Below, piece by piece: positions 59,579-64,000 of a stretch of 64,000 bases of DNA. This stretch comes from Macrostomum lignano (taxonomy: Eukaryota): positions 1 through 64,000 of the forward strand of contig NIVC01003919.1 of the NCBI GenBank assembly GCA_002269645.1, in the 5' to 3' direction. Numbering within the stretch: the first letter of the stretch is position 1; every line of letters starts with the position of its first letter. The position numbers were made by a program, and so were the translations under genes. Under the pieces are notes generated by a model. It was given only the letters and a program-made list of their open reading frames with translations. It was not told where the DNA came from and made no database searches.

Positions 59579-60091
59579 AAAACTCCAGAACACGAGCTAA
59601 CTCTCAAACAAGAATCAAGTCGCCAGCCCTCCGGACCATCGATATATTCAACCATTCTGCCAGAAGGCCTGATTTTTTCCATAAGCGCAAACTGTATTCA
59701 GTACACCCCTGTGCGCCAATCAGCACTGCGCCTCGGTGCCGGCTTAGCCTCCAAATCTCATCATCACGTTGACCACATGTCTGCATCAGCACTGACTTCG
59801 TTGGTCACTGGCCTACACCCAGGCGGAGCATCTGGACCTTCAACAGGTGGCACCAGGTGACTATGGACACCCTGATGCGAATTTCTCTAGTTTCGCTGAT
59901 CAAGCCTCGACAGTGGGCAAGCCTCAACTGCTGGGCATCCTCAGCTGGTCTCTCAAGCATTCCGTCACCACCCCGAAGCCGTCATCGATCCTCTGACAGA
60001 ATCGTCAAATATCTCGACGGTCCGGAGGGCCGGCGACTTAATTCTTGTTTGAGAAAGTGCGCAAAAAAAGTTAGCCCGTATTCTGGAGTTT
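59579..60091. repeat. ~510-bp foldback / MITE-like element with imperfect ~75-85-bp inverted arms
   Basis: 59579-59652 (aaactccagaacacgagctaac-tctcaaacaagaatcaagtcgccagccctccggacc) is matched by the reverse complement of 60004-60091, with one ~14-nt indel. No TSD seen. Confidence 0.7.
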
Positions 60092-60222
60092 CATGTCTCT
60101 GCGTTGCTCCGTTCCGGCGCAGCAAAAAAAATCATGGGGGAATTCCTCCCCCCCCCGTGGTAGTTCGACGGGCGGAAAAAGGTTCGGTATTCCTACTGTT
60201 AAGCAAAGCTCGGGGATGCTCG

Positions 60223-60672
60223 TCAACTCTTCAATCGCGCCAGAAACTTGTCGATAGCCGCCAGAGCTTCGGATTCCTCCCTGTAGAGACGGGTCTGCAC
60301 CTCCGGGCACCCGGCAACCATGGAGGACAGGTGCTTGCCGTGCACCGGCTCTCCCTCGCTGTTCAGCCTAAACAGGCACAGCGTCGGCTTCTCCATGGCA
60401 ACCGCTTGGCCAATCTCGTAGCCAACGCCAAGAGAGGGAATGCTGACCTCGGCCACTAGGCAGTCGCACTCGGTCAGCCAGGCCATGTCCTGTCCGTAGA
60501 TTTCCGTGTCCGACTTAAACCCCATGCGTGCCAGCCGCTCAGGCTTGGCGACATGCTCAGTGAGCACACAGCCATGCTTGGACAGGTGCTGCACCAGGCT
60601 CTCGTACAGGGCGGCATCGCCTCGGCCCGCCGCTATGGAGCCAGCAAAGTAAATCTTCAGCTGCTGGCTCGA
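60223..60672 (-). CDS. DNPH1: 2'-deoxynucleoside 5'-phosphate N-hydrolase 1 (Rcl family); single coding exon lacking an ATG
   Basis: LKIYFAGSI..GRGDAALY...L...G.VLTEHVA...IYGQDMAWL..CD.LVAEVSIPSLGVGYEIGQA; 450 nt from the acceptor to the stop. Confidence 0.9.
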   Translation of the reverse strand, partial: SSQQLKIYFAGSIAAGRGDAALYESLVQHLSKHGCVLTEHVAKPERLARMGFKSDTEIYGQDMAWLTECDCLVAEVSIPSLGVGYEIGQAVAMEKPTLCLFRLNSEGEPVHGKHLSSMVAGCPEVQTRLYREESEALAAIDKFLARLKS

Positions 60673-60695
60673 CTGAAGATGTGCAATGGGTGACT
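60673..60695 (-). promoter_or_regulatory. Candidate trans-splice acceptor of DNPH1
   Basis: cccattgcacatcttcAG|TCG AGC CAG CAG CTG AAG ATT TAC; an in-frame TGA lies 9 codons upstream with no ATG in between. Confidence 0.65.
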
Positions 60696-60740
60696 GTCAC
60701 TGGCTCATGTCTAATAGTTGAATTTTGAGGCAGTCTGGTA

Positions 60741-61150
60741 ATGATGGCATCTGCTGAGGGCATGATCAGGCATTGGTGGCATCTGCTGAGGGCATGATCA
60801 GGCATTGGTGGCATCTGCTGAGGGCATCATGATCCGGCATTGGTGGCATCTGCTGAGGGCATGATCAGGCATTGGTGGCATCTGCTGAGGGCATGATCAG
60901 GCATTGGTGGCATCTGCTAAGGGCATGATCAGGCATTGGTGGCATCTGCTGAGGGCATGATCAGGCATTGGTGGCATCTGCTGAGGGCATGATCAGGCAT
61001 TGGTGGCATCTGCTGAGGGCATGATCAGGCATTGGTGGCATCTGCTGAGGGCATGATCAGGCATTGGTGGCATCTGCTGAGGGCATGATCAGGCATTGGT
61101 GGCATCTGCTAAGGGCATGGTCAGGCATTGGTGGCATCTGATGAGGGCAT
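60741..61150. repeat. 32-bp minisatellite upstream of DNPH1
   Basis: (ggcatgatcaggcattggtggcatctgctgag)n. Confidence 0.95.
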
Positions 61151-61460
61151 TATAAGCCCCAAACATTTGTCAAACAATCTAATTATGTCCAATGTAAAAT
61201 ATATCTAATATATTTAAAGTCTAATATATAATACATTTAAACAATATTATATATACACACATACATATATATATATATCTATATATATATAGGCTGATAT
61301 AGGCTATATATATATATATATATTACTTTATTAGTGACAGAATACATATATAGAATATGATACTATTATGAATATTAAAAATAAATATATGGTGCTAGCC
61401 TTTGAGTTAGCGTTAGGGGGAATTGCTAAGATTTCAAAGCTGATTGGGAGGATATTGCTA

Positions 61461-62239
61461 CGAGGGCTGTCCAAAAAGTAGTGTTACTTTCACTATATCT
61501 CTTGTTCTGCTGATCCAAAAAACATCATTTTGCACAGATTTATAGTGGCAACTCTCTTTTTTATGTTAACTTTAACATCATTAAAAACAGACAATGGAAA
61601 CAAAAGTTATAAACTAAAATGTAGCAGGACCTCGACTATAGACTTACAGTAATTTGACAAGTTAGTGGAAAGTAGTGAAAGTAATTTTGATAGAATGCAC
61701 TCAGACTTCTTTGTTAGGCTGCTATAACAAAGAGATATCTATGGAAAATATTGGAGAAGCATATGGCTTTTAAAGCAACAAAATATTTCAAAGTGGGCTT
61801 CAACTATATTGCTGTTTGCTCCCTCTTTTTGCTGCACTAAAATTCCTGGATTTGCATTCAAGTGTTGCTCAAAGGAGTGTAATATATACCCTTTGGGGGA
61901 CGGAGGACAGTTGAGCCAAGATTCATGCTCAACTTTCATCGGCTCATAGGTCTATCACAGTCATTTACTGCAATCATTTTGCAGCATTCACTGCAGCCAA
62001 TTACCCATTTGTCAGCTACCACTTCAATTTTTTAACTTGCCTATCTACTGTAAGTCTATTGTTGAGGTCCTACTATATTTTAGTTTATAACTTTTGTTTC
62101 CATTGTGTCTGTTTTTAATGATGTTAAAGTTAACATAAAAAAGAGAGTTGCCGCTATAAATCTATGCAAAATGATGCTATTTAGATTAGCAGAGCAAGAC
62201 ATATAATGAAAAGTAACACTACTTTTGGGACAGCCCTTG
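61461..62239. mobile_element. Tc1/mariner-type MITE A (779 bp, ~200-bp TIRs, TA TSD)
   Basis: TA|cgagggctgtccaaaaagtagtgttac... and ...gtaacactacttttgggacagcccttg|TA; long imperfect TIRs and no transposase ORF. Confidence 0.85.
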
Positions 62240-62490
62240 TAAGATATCAAGGCTCATAGGGGGAATAACTAAGATGTCATAGCTTATTAAGGGAAATTGC
62301 TAAGTTTATTGCAAGGAGAAGCTAAATGCAGTTTATTCAAAAATTTATATTCTATTCTTTGCTGGCTCTACAACAAGAGGTACTGATTGCTAGTTTTAGC
62401 TAATAGGCCTAATTATTTTTGTAAATATAAAAAATATAAATATTCCTTTATAATTACTTATAACTTTAAAAGCCTAGTTAGAACAATCTA

Positions 62491-63318
62491 CGAGGGGTGT
62501 CCCAAAAGTTCCCGGAATGTCTAACGTAGCTCTTCAACAGAGCCATGAAATTTCACGCCCATGGTGTCAAATGAAAGGAAATTTTGTCACAAAGAATACA
62601 AAGTTAAAATCATGTTGATATCTTTTTTTATTCAAGAGCTACAGCAAGAAACTTGCGCAAAGGTCAGGGGTAGTGTTACACAACCTCAACAATCTATGGC
62701 AATAATTTTTTCATCTCCATTTTTGGAGTTTTTCATTTTGAATTCGTGCTACTGACGTGTCAGAAAGACGTGGTAGTGTCTATGGAAAAAGCAGAAATGC
62801 TCATAAAGCTAATCTGAGCTTTTGCGCAAGTGCAGATAATTTGTACCAAGCACTTGCTTTCAACTTGAAATTTCTTTGCAAAAATGAGTTCTCTTCAGAG
62901 CCTTGAAAGTCAGCAAAGTCAAGTTTTTGCCCTTTGGTCAGTAGGATGGAGTGGAGCCAAGATTTCTGACCACTTATTCTTCATCCACGGTGAGAACAGC
63001 CTGAAAAAAACTGCAATTTATGGATAGATTGAACGCTTTAGAGATGGCCAGTCTGCTGTGAATGAATTCAAAATGAAAAACTCTAAAAATGGAGATGAAA
63101 AAATTATTGCCATAGATTGTTGAGGTTGTGTAACACTACCCCTGACCTTTGCGCAAGTTTCTTGCTGTAGCTCTTGAATAAAAAAAGATATCAACATGAT
63201 TTTAACTTTGTATTCTTTGTGACAAAATTTCCTTTCATTTGACACCATGGGCGTGAAATTTCATGGCTCTGTTGAAGAGCTACGTTAGACATTCCGGGAA
63301 CTTTTGGGACACCCCTTG
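62491..63318. mobile_element. Tc1/mariner-type MITE B (828 bp, ~256-bp near-perfect TIRs, TA TSD)
   Basis: TA|cgaggggtgtcccaaaagttcccggaatg... and ...cattccgggaacttttgggacacccctt g|TA; the same junk ORF appears on both strands. Confidence 0.9.
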
Positions 63319-64000
63319 TATATATCCCAATGGCCTATTCATTATTGATTAAATTTAAAAATATATAATGGCACTTTAAAAATCATTTTGACCAAACAAA
63401 TTAAAATATTTTATATTTGTTAAAAATAATTATTTAAAGAGAATACTAAATAGTTTAATTTGTAGATTATAGTTGACAAAAAAATTATGAAATTTAGGGA
63501 TAAAATTTATTAGGTCTAATGATAGAAATAATATTAGCTAGGCATAAGATAGCCCCTAGCCTGCCTACCCCTATGGCATGTTTATGCTTAAAATAATTCA
63601 GATTAGATCTAGAAACAAAAGACTAAAAAAGCATCTTGAACATGGTCATTTAGTAGGTCATTAATAGACTTATAGCTATGGCTTTAGGGTACATATAGAT
63701 ACATATTAGATCATATTAGATATTTTATTTTTGAGATAGGGTACATTTCCTTTATAATAATAGTATTTTTCTTAGTATGTATGTTACAATTGTGATTCAT
63801 TTTCTTAGAAACTGCAATATTCAAATTTCCACCAATAGTAATAATTTTTTTAATGTTATGAAGTCAAATAATATTGTATGAAATGACCTGTTTGTTATAA
63901 ATACATCTTTTAAGTAGTATAAATAGAAGCCTAGAGCAGGCCAAGAAACCAACTCATTGCAAGCATTCAATTTTGCTCAGCACAGTTAATACAATTGTTC

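Noticed and set aside
59270-59593. Third gene in the DNPH1-TBCD spacer (107-aa hydrophobic ORF)
   Set aside because: Composition unlike the GC-rich exons of the neighbouring genes, no motif, and it overlaps the foldback arm.
62561-63248. Twin ORFs MVSNERKF... on opposite strands
   Set aside because: An artefact of the MITE's long terminal inverted repeats.

Overview
Eukaryotic (metazoan) genomic DNA with many GT-AG introns, most likely a flatworm. Macrostomum-like is an inference from the minisatellite-filled introns, GC-rich exons and ATG-less first exons; it was not verified. Left part (+): exons of one or two large extracellular mosaic proteins (C-type lectin, kringle, F-type-lectin/discoidin, FA58C). 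Within this region lies a 13-copy, ~640-bp tandem array in which each unit is a phase-1 exon plus intron. Most of these exons encode a Cys/poly-Ala peptide ending in KRKRR-S. Middle: a near-intact THAP/P-element transposon inserted in a tRNA-derived SINE, a truncated Penelope-like element with inverted pLTRs and hammerhead core motifs, and a degenerate Mag-type Ty3/Gypsy LTR retrotransposon. At 38-48 kb (+): two tandem paralogous type I membrane receptors (signal peptide, F-type-lectin/discoidin-like domain, variable number of Ig domains, TM, Tyr-containing tail). Right part (-): DNPH1 followed by TBCD. Both CDSs begin at a splice acceptor with no ATG, which suggests an operon resolved by spliced-leader trans-splicing in which the SL supplies the initiator AUG. 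Two mariner-type MITEs close the window. Several single-base frameshifts occur in or next to homopolymer runs and may be assembly errors.
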